A stretch of 64,000 nt of DNA from Mobula hypostoma (GCF_963921235.1 NC_086097.1:29638001-29702000); one strand, 5' to 3'. Positions 26,705 through 40,005 are shown, counted from the stretch's first letter. Notes: generated by a model from the letters alone, not told the origin. Numbers and translations: made by a program.

Positions 26705-28334
26705 ACTTGATCAGCAAACCAGAGTGAATTACGTCTTCTCAAGCTTCTGATCTCTCTGATTGCCCACTGCTCAAAGCTCCTCCAGCATTTTGTATGCATT
26801 GCTCAAGCTTTCCAGCATCTGCAGAGTCTCTGGTGTCTCTGAGATTAATTGGGTGTTTGTTACGCTTAAGTAAGAATGATGGAGATCTGGGAATGATTTT
26901 TGAGTTGGATTATAGTAAATATGTGAGGTAATTTCTACATAGGATAACAGCTACTCCAGCTGGAATCAAATCAAAGGCTTGGGACTGTGAGCAGGGTTTT
27001 GCTAAGTTCCATGTTGCCAACAAGCAACATTTACATTCCTGGGAAAGAACTTCAATTGAAAAAGAAAATATATTAAATTATGTTTTTTTTTGCTTCTGCA
27101 AAAACTCAGGAAGATCCACAGCCAGAAGGGTGAATGTTTCAGTGTGGGAAAGACACCACTCGTTTGCACTCAGCGTGATCATCATTGAACCAATGGTCAG
27201 AACCCCCAGCACTACAGTTTTGCAACACTATGATCACCTTTCACTAAAATCTACTCTTTACTTGTTCTTACCATGTCCTTCCTTGCAAAAATTCTGGATA
27301 ATTTACGTTCGCTTTTGTCTCTCTTGTGAATGTTTCTTACAAAACAGAGCCCCTTCGCTCTGCCCATTGCAAAAGGTACAATTTCCTGGTGGCTGCTCAT
27401 TTGATTCGACTTCCCAGCCCCATTCCGACATGTCGTTCCATGGCTTCCTCTACTCTTACCATACGGCCAAACTGAGGCTGGAGGAGCCAAACCACATATC
27501 TGTCTGGTTAGCCTCCAAACTGATGGCTTGGCATCCATTATTAAAGGCCCTCACCTTCCTGTAACTCCCATCAAGGAGGAGATACAGGAGCCCCTCACTC
27601 AGTGATTCAGTAACAACTTCTTCCCCTCTGCTATCAGATATCTAAACCCATGATCACTACCCCACTATTCCCTTTTTGTGCTAGTTATATATTTAGTTAA
27701 TTATTATAATTTTGTCTTTGCACTGTACTGCTGCCACAAAGCAATAAAATTCACATCATATTAAACCGTGATAATAAATATGATTCTGATTCTGTTTGCG
27801 GTTCTGATTTGGACTGAGCCCCACTCCTGAGCTGCATGTTTGCTTGATAATTCACCGTCACTTGTCCGGAGGAAGAACAGCGTTTTCTTTCAGAAAAGCA
27901 TCAGTCCTGTGGCTGTCATTGGACTGGCTTCTCTTCCCTGATCAACATACCGATCCTGGCCCTCAAAGGGTTAAGGCAAGACACTGAGGCGGGTTTAATA
28001 TGTAACAGGAACAAAGTACAAACAGATCTCTTGTTATTGCGTTATTGCTAGAGGCTGACACTGAGTTCAGAAAAGCAGACAAAGTTTTATTCAGTTGCCC
28101 AGTGGAACTTTGACTCACAGGAGGATTCCCTTCAACACCACCTCCACCAACGCCCACCTTCCCACTCTCCATCCACAAGTCATTCCTTACGACCTAAACC
28201 TCATTCAACCCCAAGATCTTTTCAGTGGTGATGATGTGGGTGGATTTTGTCAGAATCTGAAGCAGGACCGGTTTATTATCTCTGACGTTTGTCGTAACAT
28301 TTGTTGTTATGTGGCAGCAGTGCAGTGCAATACA

Positions 28335-28678
28335 TAGAAACATAGAAAACCTACAGCACAATACAGGCCCTTCGGCCCACAAAGCTGTGCCGAACATGTC
28401 TTTACCTTAGAAATTACCTAGGCTTTACCCATAACCCTCTATTTTTCTGAGCTCCATGTATCCATCCAGGAGTCCCTTAAAAGACCCTATCGTTTACGCC
28501 TCCACCACCGTCACCGGCAGCCCATTCCACGCACTCACCACTCTCTGCATAAAAAACTCACCCCTGCCATCTCCTCTGTACCTACTTCCAAGCACCTTAA
28601 AACTGTGCCCTCTCGTGTTAGCCATTTCAGCCCTGGGAAAAAGCATCTGACTATCCACATGATCAACGCCTCTCGTCA
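28335..28678 (-). mobile_element. CR1 LINE 3' end
   Basis: NTRGHSFKVLGSRYRGDGRGEFFMQRVVSAWNGLP motif; (tttctatg)n tail. Confidence 0.85.
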
Positions 28679-30523
28679 TTAAAAATTATTATGTTACAAT
28701 AAGAAATATAAAAAAATAAGTAAGTAAGTAGAGCAAAAGTGAGGAAAATAGGGAAGAAGTGTTTATGGATGGTTCATAAATCTTACAGTGGAGGGGAAAA
28801 AAATTGTTCCTAAAATGTTGAGTGTGGGTCTTGAGGCCCCTATACCCCCTTGTCCCTCATAGTAGCAATGAGAAGAGACCATGTCCTGGGTGATGGGGGT
28901 CCTTACTGAAGGATGCCACCTCGGTGAGGTGTCACCGTTTACTGGTGGGATTGTGAGGTGACCCCTGCGGGCAGCTCAATCACTGAGCAGGCCTGGAGGC
29001 TCTGCTCTGCGAGGCGGCACTGCCCTCACTGTGTGGGTGAGTTGGGAAACAGTGCCCAGCTGCTGGTTTCCACACTACACTCCCCGAGGGAATGGGCACA
29101 GAGGCCGAATTCAACATGTGCTGCCACCATTTTACGTCTAACTGGGTCACAAAGTAATATAGCGCAGAAACAAGCCCTCTGACCCAACTGGTATTGGTAG
29201 TGCATAATGGTAGTCTTTCTGGATATATCCTGCCAATTTGATGAGTAGGACATAGAGCAGTAGAGCACAGGAACTTTGGTGCGTAATATATACGTCAGGC
29301 TAATATGCGTCCTGCCTGCAGGTGATTCATACAGGTATTGGTACTGGTTTATTATTGTACTGTGAAAAGCTTCTCTTGCGTACAGTTCATACAGATCAGA
29401 TCATTACACAGTGCACTGAGCTAGAGTTAGAAGCAAAAACAATGCAGAATGAAATCTATCAAAAATGTGCAGTGCAGGCAAACGGTTAAGAGCAAGGTCA
29501 TAAAGAGGTGGATTATGAGGTCCATCTTATCGTATAAGAGGTCTGTTCAGGAGTCTAACAACAGTGGGATAGAAGCTGTCCTTGAACCTGGTGAAACGTG
29601 CTTTTAGTAGTGAATCTGTGGAATTGCCCAGGGCAGCAGAAAGGGCTACCTCATTAGATAGATGTAAGTTAAAGTATATTTATTATTAAAATACTTCTGT
29701 GTTACTACATATTACCTTGAGATACATTTTCTTGAAGGCATTTACAGGATACAATTGCATAGATTTTTGCATAGCAGGGAAGGTGGGTGGAGATGAGTCC
29801 ATGGTCAGATCAGCCATGATCTTATTGAATGGTGGAGCAGGCCTAACGGGTCAGAAGGCCGACTGCTGCTGCTATTTCTTACGTTCTTGAGTTGCTTGCC
29901 ATCGAAATGGGAGGGGTCTTTGATTGGGCTGGCAGTTTTACTGAGGCAGAGAGAAGTGCAGACGGAGTCCATGGAGGGGAGGCTGGTTTCTGTGATGGGC
30001 TGAGCCCTGTCTACAACTCTCTACGGTTTCTTGCGGTCACGGGCAGAGCTGTTGTGTAGTCATCCTGAACGGAGTAACTGTTTTGACACCTGGTGGCACG
30101 GGGCTTCATGCATCTGTACCTCCCGCACGATGGTAGCTGTGTGAAGATGGCAGTGGGGATCTTTGATAGTGGATGTGGCCTTCCCGAGACATCACTGAGC
30201 CAACTTTCCATGTATTGGCTTTGCTTTATTCACATTCAACACCACATTATTACAAATGTCATGTGATTCCCAAACCCGCCAACCAGATAGTATTTAATAA
30301 TTTATGATTTTTTTTCCATGAGAAAAAGGACCTTGATCCAGTAATTAGTGATTACATGTTGTTCAGTTAATGCAAGAGCTTGCAACAAAAGAAGCTTTCT
30401 TTAGAACGTTTAATCCATCAGCTCTAAATAACCTGATGTTAAATAATTGAAAACTCACCTCAATCGGATTACTGGTTTGAAAGAGCCTTGCATTCAGTGT
30501 GGCTCACGGGCATAGGTGGTAAG

Positions 30524-32615
30524 TGTTATGTTTTGTAACTATAAAACATCAAGTCAAGTCAAGTCACTTTTTATTGTCATTTCGACCATAACTGCTGGTA
30601 CAGTACACAGTAAAAACGAGACAACATTTTTCAGGACCACGGTGCTACATGAAACAATACAAAAACTACACTGAACTACGTAAAACAACACAAAAACTAC
30701 ACTAGACTACAGACCTACGCAGGACTGCATAAAGTGCACAAAACAGTGCAGGCATTACAATAAATAATAAACAAGACAATAGGCACAGTAGAGGGCGGTA
30801 GGTTGGTGTCAGTCCAGGCTCTGAGTATTGAAGAGTCTGAAAACTAATTGAAAGAAAACAAGGGAGCCCAAAAGATGCGTGTATTAGTTCTGTTTTTTAC
30901 TTTAAGTGAGGCACGTGCATACGATGTGGTGCTGTGATGATGTATGCCATTCACATACTTTTACATCTAATCCGTAATGACTTTTTTAAACAAACAAAAA
31001 TGCTTAATCGAACAATATATTTCCAATATTACTTGAATATTACTGAAATATTAAATTCCTTGAACTCAATATAGAATGCATCTCAGTTTATATACATATA
31101 CAGTATACACAGTATACCATATAATACAACTACCATATAGACATTCACAGCATAGTAAATTTTAAATTGTTCCATCCAGGCGTAAAGATTTAATCGGTGT
31201 GGAGGATTTCTTACCCTTGTGGGGTAATGTTTTTCCTGATGGCGGGAGGGTGGTGTCACTGCTGGACAGGAGAAACGTGGCTGTGAAACAATCTCGGGCT
31301 CTGGGCTTTCCTCCGTGATGCTTGCAGGAGTTGGCTTTGGACTGCAGGAAGTGGTTCTGACAGCTCTGAGCAGCTTTCTTCTGTATGAATTGACTCTGCT
31401 CTCCTCAATTGAGTGATGTGTCATCTCCAGATGATATCAGTCACAACCCCCACAGTGTAGGAGAGTATTCGAGTCCTGTCCTTAACCTTTTCAGGTCCAC
31501 TTTTTATCACCTCTGCGGTTTCAACTCATTTTGTGGAATGACTGAAATGGCTGAACCAGCGTCCATCCATTTTAATTGATTTGTCATTCATCTTTGGTGT
31601 TAGCCACATTGCTTGTCTGTTATTTTTCACATTCTAACTCTCAAGGCTACCCAATCCAGTGTCACTCTCATCATTATCAGAGTTTTCATCAACAGCATGC
31701 AGATTTTTTGAAGCTGCAACTTGACTTTTTTTTTTCTTACTCTCTTCCCTGTGCAGTCCATTTATTTTTGTCTAGCTGACATGTTTTTTTTTGTACGTGT
31801 CCTACATTGTTGTCTTTCTGCAAGTTTTACCTTTAAATCTGCATTGGCCTGGTGTATGTGAGTCTCTGCCACAATGGTAATACAATTTGTTTGGTCAGGC
31901 ATGCATCTGTTTAGATGTTGCAATTTTGTTCACGCTCGAATTCATTCCTGACTGCCACTCAATTGCATCTCTGGTTGCAGTTTCCATTGATACAGCTATT
32001 TCTACTGCTCTTTTAAATATTAGCTGTGCTTTAGTTAGGAGTCACTTTTGAATGATTTCTTGTAAGACTCCATGAACTAAATGATCTTCAAAATATTGCT
32101 CGATTTGCTTGGTATACAATATCAGTTATCTTTTACGCATTTGAACACATCAATCTTTCTCATGTAGCCAGTCATTTCTGCTCTTTAAAAAAAATTATGA
32201 TTATTATCACCACCTAATCACTGTTTGTGAACCCGTGAATTTGTCCGTTTACTGTCTTTTAAAAAAATTCAGCTGTCTTCTCCTCCTGGGAAGAAAGCAT
32301 GTTGCGCTTTTTAAATCTAAACGTCTTGCTGTGCTTCATTAAGTAGGTTGTCGTCCTCAATGCCACTGTTATCTTTTGTAAATTCAAAGCATACAGCTAA
32401 TGGAAGAAAATCAAGGGAGGCTGAGAGATATGTGTCTTAGTTTTGTTTGTACTTTAAGTGAGGCATGTACATATGACCTGGTGGTGTGGTGATGTATGCC
32501 ATTCACATATTTTTACACATAGCTGTAACGTATTATTTAAATAAACAAAAATGCCTAGTCAATCAATATATTTCCAATGTTATTCAAATATTACTGAAAT
32601 ATTAAATACACAACA
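30524..32615 (-). mobile_element. Internally deleted Gypsy-like LTR retrotransposon with two ~250-bp LTRs
   Basis: Direct repeats at 30524-31056 (interrupted) and 32367-32615, outer termini tgtta...caaca, flanks gtaag/gtaaa, PBS-like TGGC next to the right LTR on the minus strand, gag N-terminal remnant and pol C-terminal YPTRVRNPPHRLNL. Confidence 0.8.
30550..30840 (-). mobile_element. LINE 3' end with (CTTGA)n tail nested in the left LTR
   Basis: caagtcaagtcaagtcactttttatt tail; the segment is absent from the right LTR. Confidence 0.7.
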
Positions 32616-32881
32616 GTAAATACAAGAGATTCTGCAGATGTTGGAAGTTTTGAGCAACACACAAGAAATGCTGGGACACACAAAACGAGTTTAATGTTGT
32701 CAGCAGTCTTGCTAACCACACCCTCTACATTCTCACTCACGGCTTTTCAAAGTTCAAAAGAAATTTATTAACAAAGGGCATACTGTATGTCACCATATAC
32801 TACCTTGAGATTCATCTCCATTGAACAAAGAATTTCAATGGAATCAATGAAAAACTACACCCAAAAAATGCTAACATATAA

Positions 32882-33362
32882 CACTGGACAACAAATTCTG
32901 TTGAAAGTTGCTTCCTCTGAATTTTTTTTTGTTTTAAATCAACTGCTTGAAGCTGAACACAAATATCATTTCAGACTACTTGCATCACATAGGAATTTGG
33001 AGAAACAAGAAATTTAACTTTAATTGAATATAATGCATTTAATTGCATAATGACACTTTGCAATAGATCAACTAAGCTAAGTTAGTTTGTTGATGATTTT
33101 CATTTGTACTCGGTGTCTGAGGCTTCTCACTTAAGTGTCCAACAATAATCAGCCAGCATTGATGGATTCCAGTTGCCCTGATATCATTTCTCCATTGACT
33201 GTAATGTCCCAGTGAAATCTTTCACCGTGCTCATTACTGACAGAGGCAAGATTTGCTGGGAAGAAGTCTAAATGGGAATGCAGAAAATGAACCTTTAGTG
33301 ACATATTGAACTTCTTGCCTTTGTATGCTTGAAGCACGTTGTCAGCCAGCTGCACATACTTC
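32882..33362 (-). mobile_element. Chapaev-like (CMC superfamily) DNA transposon 3' fragment
   Basis: Translation NMSLKVHFLHSHLDFFPANLASVSNEHGERFH resembles the Chapaev3-type transposase C-terminus (family assignment from recall); terminus begins CACTG. Confidence 0.65.
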
Positions 33363-33399
33363 AGGAAGCAAAATCTTTGTTGTTCAGTGTAACCAATGT

Positions 33400-33995
33400 G
33401 TAAAAGAAGAGAAATTGTGCAAACAAATGATAAATAAATAATTGATAGATAGATAAATAATATTGAGAATAAGTTGTAGAGTCCTTGAGAGTGAATTTAT
33501 AAGTTTTGGAATCAGTTCAATGTTGAGGTGAGTGAAGCTAGTTATGCTGGTTCAGGAGCCTGATGGTTGAAGAGTAACAACTGTTCCTGAACCTGTTGGT
33601 GTGGGAACAAAGCTCTACTGCCTATGCCTGATGGCGGCAGTGAAAAGAGAGGACGGCCAGGGTGGTGGGGTGCTTGGTAATGGATGTTGCTTTACTGTGA
33701 CAGCGCTCCATGTAGATCAGCTCAATTTTGGGGTAAGCTTTGCCTGTGATGGACCGGACTGCACCCTCCACTTTCTGTAGGCTTTTCTGTTCATAGGCAT
33801 TGGTGTTTCCATACTGGGCCATGACGCAACCAGTTGGGATACCCTCCACTGCGCTTCTATAGAAGTTTGTCAAACATTACAAATATGCACAAACTTCTTA
33901 GAAAGTAGGGGTGCTATTATACCCTTTGTGATGACATTTAAAAAGTCCCAGGACATATCCTCTGAACACCAAGGAACTTGAGGTTACTGATCCTC
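33400..33995 (-). mobile_element. Rex1/Babar-type LINE fragment
   Basis: TNFYRSAVEGIPTGCVMAQYGN...LQKV motif. Confidence 0.65.
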
Positions 33996-35809
33996 TCCAG
34001 CTCTGATCTCCTGTTGATAGGTTCTTGATTGATCAGGGCGTTAAAGGCTATGGGGAGAAGGCAGGACAATGGGGTTAAAAGGGATAATGAATCAGCCACG
34101 ATGGAATGGCAGAGCAGACTTGATGGGCTGAATGGCCTAATTCTGCTCCTATGCCTTAAGGTGTAATGGTCTAACAACAGTGGAGTGGACAGCAAACTTA
34201 CATATGGCATTGGAGCTGTATTTAGCCACACAGTCATAAGTATTAATTGAGTAGAGCAGGGCACTAAGCCCACAGCTTCGTGTGTACCTGTGCTGATGCT
34301 GAATGTGGAAGAGGTGTTTTGCTTGTGTTCCTATCTCTCGTCCTCTTCTTTCTGGTGTAATTCATATACTAATTGTAGCTGCACAAAAACTACAGAAGAG
34401 TCCACGAACCCAGGGACACTGACTCACTTTTACCCCTTTGTGCACTAATTACTTAATATTCACTACTATCTACTGTGTTGCACTGCTGCCACAGAGCAAC
34501 ACATTTCGCGACCGACTCTATGGCAGTGATACTCAATTCAAGTTTAGTTGTCATTTAACCATACAGGAGCACTCATGAATACAGCCAAACCAGACAGCGT
34601 CACTATGGAGTCAAAGTGCTTACATAAATTGCCAACAGTCACACACAAGAACACATTTACGGAATAAAAGAGTCCCGAAGCTGCCCTGCCCCCCCCAGCC
34701 CGCACACATACAATTCAACAAACCCACTACGATGCAGAATGTGCATGTATGTAGTCCAGACCCCCCCAGCCCACCGATATCATCTGCTGAGCAGCCCCTG
34801 ATGCCCATTAGGTGACATCCCGGCTTTGAGGCCCTGTCCTGGCATATACAGGCACACATATCGAATGTTAGTGAAAACACAACCAAACAAATACAATATA
34901 TATATAGTTGAGAACCCTAAGTCCAATTGAAATCTTCAGTCGACCACAACTGCACTGCACTGACCTTGGTAGAGTGTGACGGCTCGGACACCTCTCGTCT
35001 GGCAGATGAAAAGCAAACGACTCCACAAGCTTGAGGCCCGAGTCCATTGAGTGCCGACAAACAAATCTGCAGTCGGCCACCACAGAGCTTGCTCTCTGCT
35101 GGGCAAAACCCCGGGAGGGCAGTGATTCTGACTCTGCCTCTGACATTTTCTACCCTGGCAAAAAGATCCCCTCTCTCAAAATTTTATAAACTCCTATCAG
35201 GGCTCTGCCCACCCACAGAAAACAACCAAAGCTTGTCCCACCTCGCCTCATAGCTCAGACTCTCTAATCGAGGCAGCATCGCGGTGAACCTCCTCTGTAC
35301 CCTTTTCAATTTTGTCCCCTTTTACATTGCAACTCATCCCATCGACTGCAATTTTGCCCTATCACCAGCCTCTCCCTACTAACAGTCTCATCACACACTG
35401 CCTTTGTTTGTAAACCAACCTACCCCATACTTAGCCCTGTCACTCCAGTTCCCATCTGTTGCAAGGGGCGGCTGGAGGACAGGGGCAGACCCAAGCAGAG
35501 CCAAAGGGCCTGTTGCCCTCTCTATGACTCTGTCAGCTCTTAGCAACGGGGCTGCTTCCACAGTCTCTGTGGTTATCTGGCAGTTACTACAATGCATAGT
35601 TAATGAGTTTATTTCCAGGGAAAAACAAAACCACAGGAATCCACTTGGAATATAATGCCACTGGTGTTATACTGTTTACTTTTTAACTTGAGTTGTAAAT
35701 TCACCTTATTATCTGTTAATTTATTTATGGTAATATTACTTTGTATGTTGTGTCTGAGGTGTAGGTACTGCATTGTGCACCTTGGTCCGGAGGAATGTTG
35801 TTTAATGTG

Positions 35810-36665
35810 ATTCCATTGTGGCTGATTTATTATCCCTCCCAGCCCCACCCTACTGCATTCTCCCTGTAACCTTTGACATTCTTACTAATCAAGAAATTGT
35901 CAACTTCCACTTTAAATATACTTAATGACTTGCCCTCCACAGTCTTCTGTGCTATGCATTTCAAAGATTCACCAACCTTGACTAAAGAAATGTCTTCCTA
36001 TCTTCAGGCTGTGCTCTCTGGCCCTAGACTTACCCACGCTAGGAAACATCCTCTCCACATCCACTCTATCTAGGCCTTCCAGTATTCAATAGGTTTCAAT
36101 GAGATCACCCCTCATCGTTCTAAACTCCAGAGAGAGCAGGCCCAGAGCCTGAAATGCTCTTCATACGTTAACCCTTTCATTCCCAAAATAATTCTCGCGA
36201 AGCTCTTCTCGGTCCACTCAAATGCCAGCCCAAAACTGTTCACAGTACTCCAAGAGTGGTCTGACCAATGCCTCGTAAAGCCTCAGCGTTACATCCTTGT
36301 TTTTATATTCTAGTCTTGTTGAAATGAACGCTAACATTGTATTTACCTTCCTTACCACTGACTCAACCTGCAAGTTAACCTTTGGGGAATCCTGCACGAG
36401 GACTCCCAAGTCCCTCTGACTCTGATTTCAGAATTTTCTCCCTATTTAGAAAATAGCCTACATCTTCATTGCTTCTACCAAAGTGACAGCTTCCTTACAC
36501 TACATTCCATCTGCCATTTCTTTGCCCATTCTTCTAATCTGTTTAAATCCTTCTGCAGACTCCATGCTTCCTCAACACTACCTTCCCCTCAGTCTATCCT
36601 ATTCCGTCATCCAAATTACTGACATATAATATAACATAAAAGGAAATGGTCCGAACACTGATCCT
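35810..36665 (-). mobile_element. CR1 LINE fragment
   Basis: GVLVQDSPKVNLQVESVVRK...LYEALVRPLLEYCEQFW motif. Confidence 0.8.
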
Positions 36666-36944
36666 CTCTCCCTCTCTCATATTCTGTCTCCCTTAGTCTC
36701 CCTCCTGGTTCTATCCTTTCTGCTTGTTGGCCACGAGCTTGCGATTCTGTTTCGGGGAAAGCTGTCCTCCTCCCACATGGGTCTGGATGAGGTCACACCG
36801 CCACTCATGAAGTCATTGTGACATTGCTTGGTGTTGTCAAGGTATCGATTGTTGCCAATTTGTCTACAGTCTTGGCGGCTTCCTGATCTACCAGACACAT
36901 TCTTGCTCCCTGTTAGTCTCTCCTGGGAGGTCAGCTAACACATC

Positions 36945-37584
36945 GTTACCGAGGACTCCGTGATCTACGGGCTGTTCCCGGGGACGCACACAGAGACAAA
37001 CATGCGGTGCTGCTGGCAGATCATCAATTCGGTGAAAGACGCGCTTTGGTCTGCCCGAAACTTGGTGGTCTGCCAGCACATGGAGATGCCCGTGACTGAA
37101 TACTGCTGACTGGCTCACTCTCGCCTGCAGGAGTACGTGCTGAGGGATGCACTCAAGCTTGGTGCGGCCACCGTGAAGGCCCGGTGGGGAAGGACCACAG
37201 TTTAAGGTTCATCACCCGTGGGGGTCGGAGGGGTCGGGTGGCAGGAGAATAACCCTCATCAGTGGTGTGGACAGATAATCAACATGGTGCCCTAGGAGTG
37301 GGTGGAATTGTTAATTTGGAAGAGGAATTAGAGCCAATACCTGCCTTTATTGTTGATAATTTTATTGTTAATAACTCTTAACTCTTGACCAAGGGTTGAG
37401 AGTAAATGAATGATTTATTGTAAACATCTTTCATTTGTATATGAACAGAGAGTCAACGCATAATTTTATTGTAAATAACTTTATTTATTGAATAAGGACT
37501 CAGAGTCAATGAATGTGTTTTCTTGTATGTATATAAATTTATTTTGTAATAATTCTGAATAAAGTATTTTTGGAGAAAAAAAAA
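36945..37584 (+). mobile_element. Tx1-clade element 3' end (5'-truncated)
   Basis: Clearly homologous to 9850-10090 (tcggtgaaagacgc.ctttggtctgcccgaaac...ctgcaggagt.cgtgctgagggatgcac); AATAAA at 37558, A-tail 37576-37584. Confidence 0.85.
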
Positions 37585-38549
37585 TCTCTGTGAGCATTTT
37601 GTTTACCCCTCAATCTACCCTGAATCTGTGTTCTTGCCCTTTCATCGTCGAGGTAAATGTATCAGCCTCTCTTGTATATTTATTGCAGTGTCTGAAATTT
37701 ATTCAACCAATGTGCTACATTCCATTAAAACTGGCCGATTACAGCCTGCAGAAGCCCAGGTCTCCTGAGAGTGAAACACATGGAAGTCTGGACCAGCGGA
37801 TGCAGTGAGATCCAGCGACTTGGCACTCGGAGTGGGGAAGATCCGAGTAACCAGGGTGAGAGTAATGTCTGGCAGCTTGCACTGCAGTCGCTGGACAGCA
37901 GCCCAGCACTGGCTGAGTCCGCTGAGAGCTGTATTGCCTAATGGAGTTCCAGAGACAGTCCCGGATCATCATCATCATCTGTGCTCTGATACCGAACTCG
38001 AGTCCCACTCAGAAGCAGAGGGTGAGGACGGCTCTGACACTGCTCCCTGCGGGCTGAGAAAACACATCGTCAAGCCTTATTCGGGAGACTGTTTTCAATT
38101 AACTCCCTCTGCAATCAGTAATCAAACTTTCCCATCAACGAGGAAGGGGGCAGCTTCCAAGACAGATCCTCCGGCTCTGGCTTTCTTTCAATCCACCTTA
38201 GTACATTGTAAATTCTGGAAAAGAGGCTTCCAAAAGTCATGGCAGCAACAGCCGACAAAGAACCTAAAGCTTTCTCACTCTTCAAGCTTAGAAGAGATGT
38301 CTTACTGTGAATAATTTTATTGTAAGTAATTTCTTATTAATGTATCACTATACTAAATAATTTCAATATAAAGCATAGGTGAAGTAATTGTCCTTTTGTT
38401 GAATGGATGAACTGATGGTGGTGTCGTTTTGTCATTGTCATGTTTACGGAGATACCATAAAAAGCTTTTGTTTTGCTCGCCATCCGGACTGATCATTCCA
38501 TACATAAATGCAATGAGGCAGCAAGAAGAAAGCAAATGCAGAGAAAGTG

Positions 38550-38915
38550 CATTTGATGGGCCGAATAGCCTAAATCTGCTCCTGTGTCTTCTGGTCTTAT
38601 ATAAGAAAGGGGTTGAGAGGGGTAATAAATCAGCCATTATGTATTGGTAGAACAGAGTTGATGGGCCGAATGGCCCAATTCTGCTCTTGTGCCTTATGGT
38701 CTTATAGGAGATTGGGGTTGAGAAAGATAATAAATCAGCCATGATGGAATGGTAGAGTTTATTCGATGGGCTGAATGAAATCATTCTGCATCTCTGTATT
38801 ATTGTTTTAGAGGAGAATGGGATTGAGAGGAGTAATAAATCAGTCATGATGGGAATAATGGAATAGACCCAATGGGCCTAATTCTGCTCTTATGTCTTAT
38901 ATATTGTGGTTTTAT
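38550..38915 (+). repeat. About 4 tandem degenerate ~100-bp copies of a CR1 3' terminus
   Basis: Repeated ggggttgaga..ataataaatcagccat...gatgggccgaatggcc.aattctgctc units. Confidence 0.75.
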
Positions 38916-38971
38916 GGATAAATGATCATAAAATGAACTGCAAATAAAACCAGCGAATGAGCTGAGAGCTG

Positions 38972-38985
38972 GCGCCCTCTGGTGG
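38972..38985 (-). promoter_or_regulatory. Consensus CTCF core motif
   Basis: Minus strand CCACCAGAGGGCGC matches CCASYAGRKGGCRS at every position, in apparently non-repeat sequence. Binding is not demonstrated. Confidence 0.5.
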
Positions 38986-39324
38986 TGAGAGACACTAACC
39001 ATTTTACAGGTTGTTTCTGAAGCACTGTGAGCAATCTGAATTAGAATTCTCAATTTTCTCTGAAGCATTGAAGGCTGAAGGAGATCCAGTATTGTGCTCT
39101 GTCCAGTTGAGACCTCTATGTATTGATAAAGGAAACTTTCCCACTCCAGAGCAGTGTGGATAACTTCTCTCAACTCAACACTGAACTAATTCCAGAATCT
39201 ACAGACTCACTTTCAAGGACTCTACAACTCATGTTCTCAGCATTATTTATTTATTTGTTTGTTTGTTTGTTTATTTATTTATTTCTATTTGCACAGTTTG
39301 TCTTCTTTTGCACATTGGTTGCTT

Positions 39325-40005
39325 TCCAGGCAAAATGCTGGAGGAACTCAGCAGGCCAGGCAGCATGTCCGGAAAAGAGTAAACAGTCGACGTTTTGGCC
39401 CGAGACCCTTCTTCAGGACTGAAAAGGAAGCAGAGATATCAGAACAAGAAGCTGGTGGGGAGAGGGGAGGAAGACGTACAAGTTGACAGGTAATAGGTGA
39501 AATCAGAGAGGGGAGGGGGTGAAGTAAAGAGCTGGGAAGTCGATTGGTGAAAGAGATAAAGGGCTGGAGAAGGTTGAATCTGATAGGAGAGGACAGAAGG
39601 CCATGGAAGGAAGAAAAGAGAGAGGGAGGTGTTGGTCAGGTAAGAAGAGAAGGTGAGAGAGGGAAATGGGAATGGGGAATAGTGAAGTGGGGTGGGGCAA
39701 TTACCAGAAGTTCGAGAAATCGATGTTTATGCCATCAGGTTGGAGGCTGCCCAGATGGAATAGAAGGTGTTGCTCCTCCCCCAGGCTGAGTGTGGCCTTA
39801 TTGTGGCAGTATAAGAGGCCATGGACTAACATGTCAGAATGGGAATGGGAAGTAGAATTGAAATGGGAGGCCACTGGGAAATCCTGCTTGTGGATGGAGC
39901 AAAGGTCTTTGACGAAGTGGTCTCCCAGCTTTCGTTGGGTCTCACCGATATCCAGGAGAGGCCACATTGGGAGCACCAGATTCAGTAGATGACCCCAACA
40001 GACTT
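39325..40005 (-). mobile_element. Penelope-like element 3' fragment
   Basis: IGETQRKLGDHF...HFNSTSHSHSDM...GSLQPDGINIDFSNF; terminal repeat with a mutated hammerhead at 39384-39421. Confidence 0.85.

Noticed and set aside
36945..37600. Idea that this Tx1 3' end is the missing half of the element at 60486 or shares its target
   Set aside because: It is on the opposite strand 23 kb away, the sequence after its poly(A) (tctctgtgag) differs from ggggtcagac, and I found no TSD.
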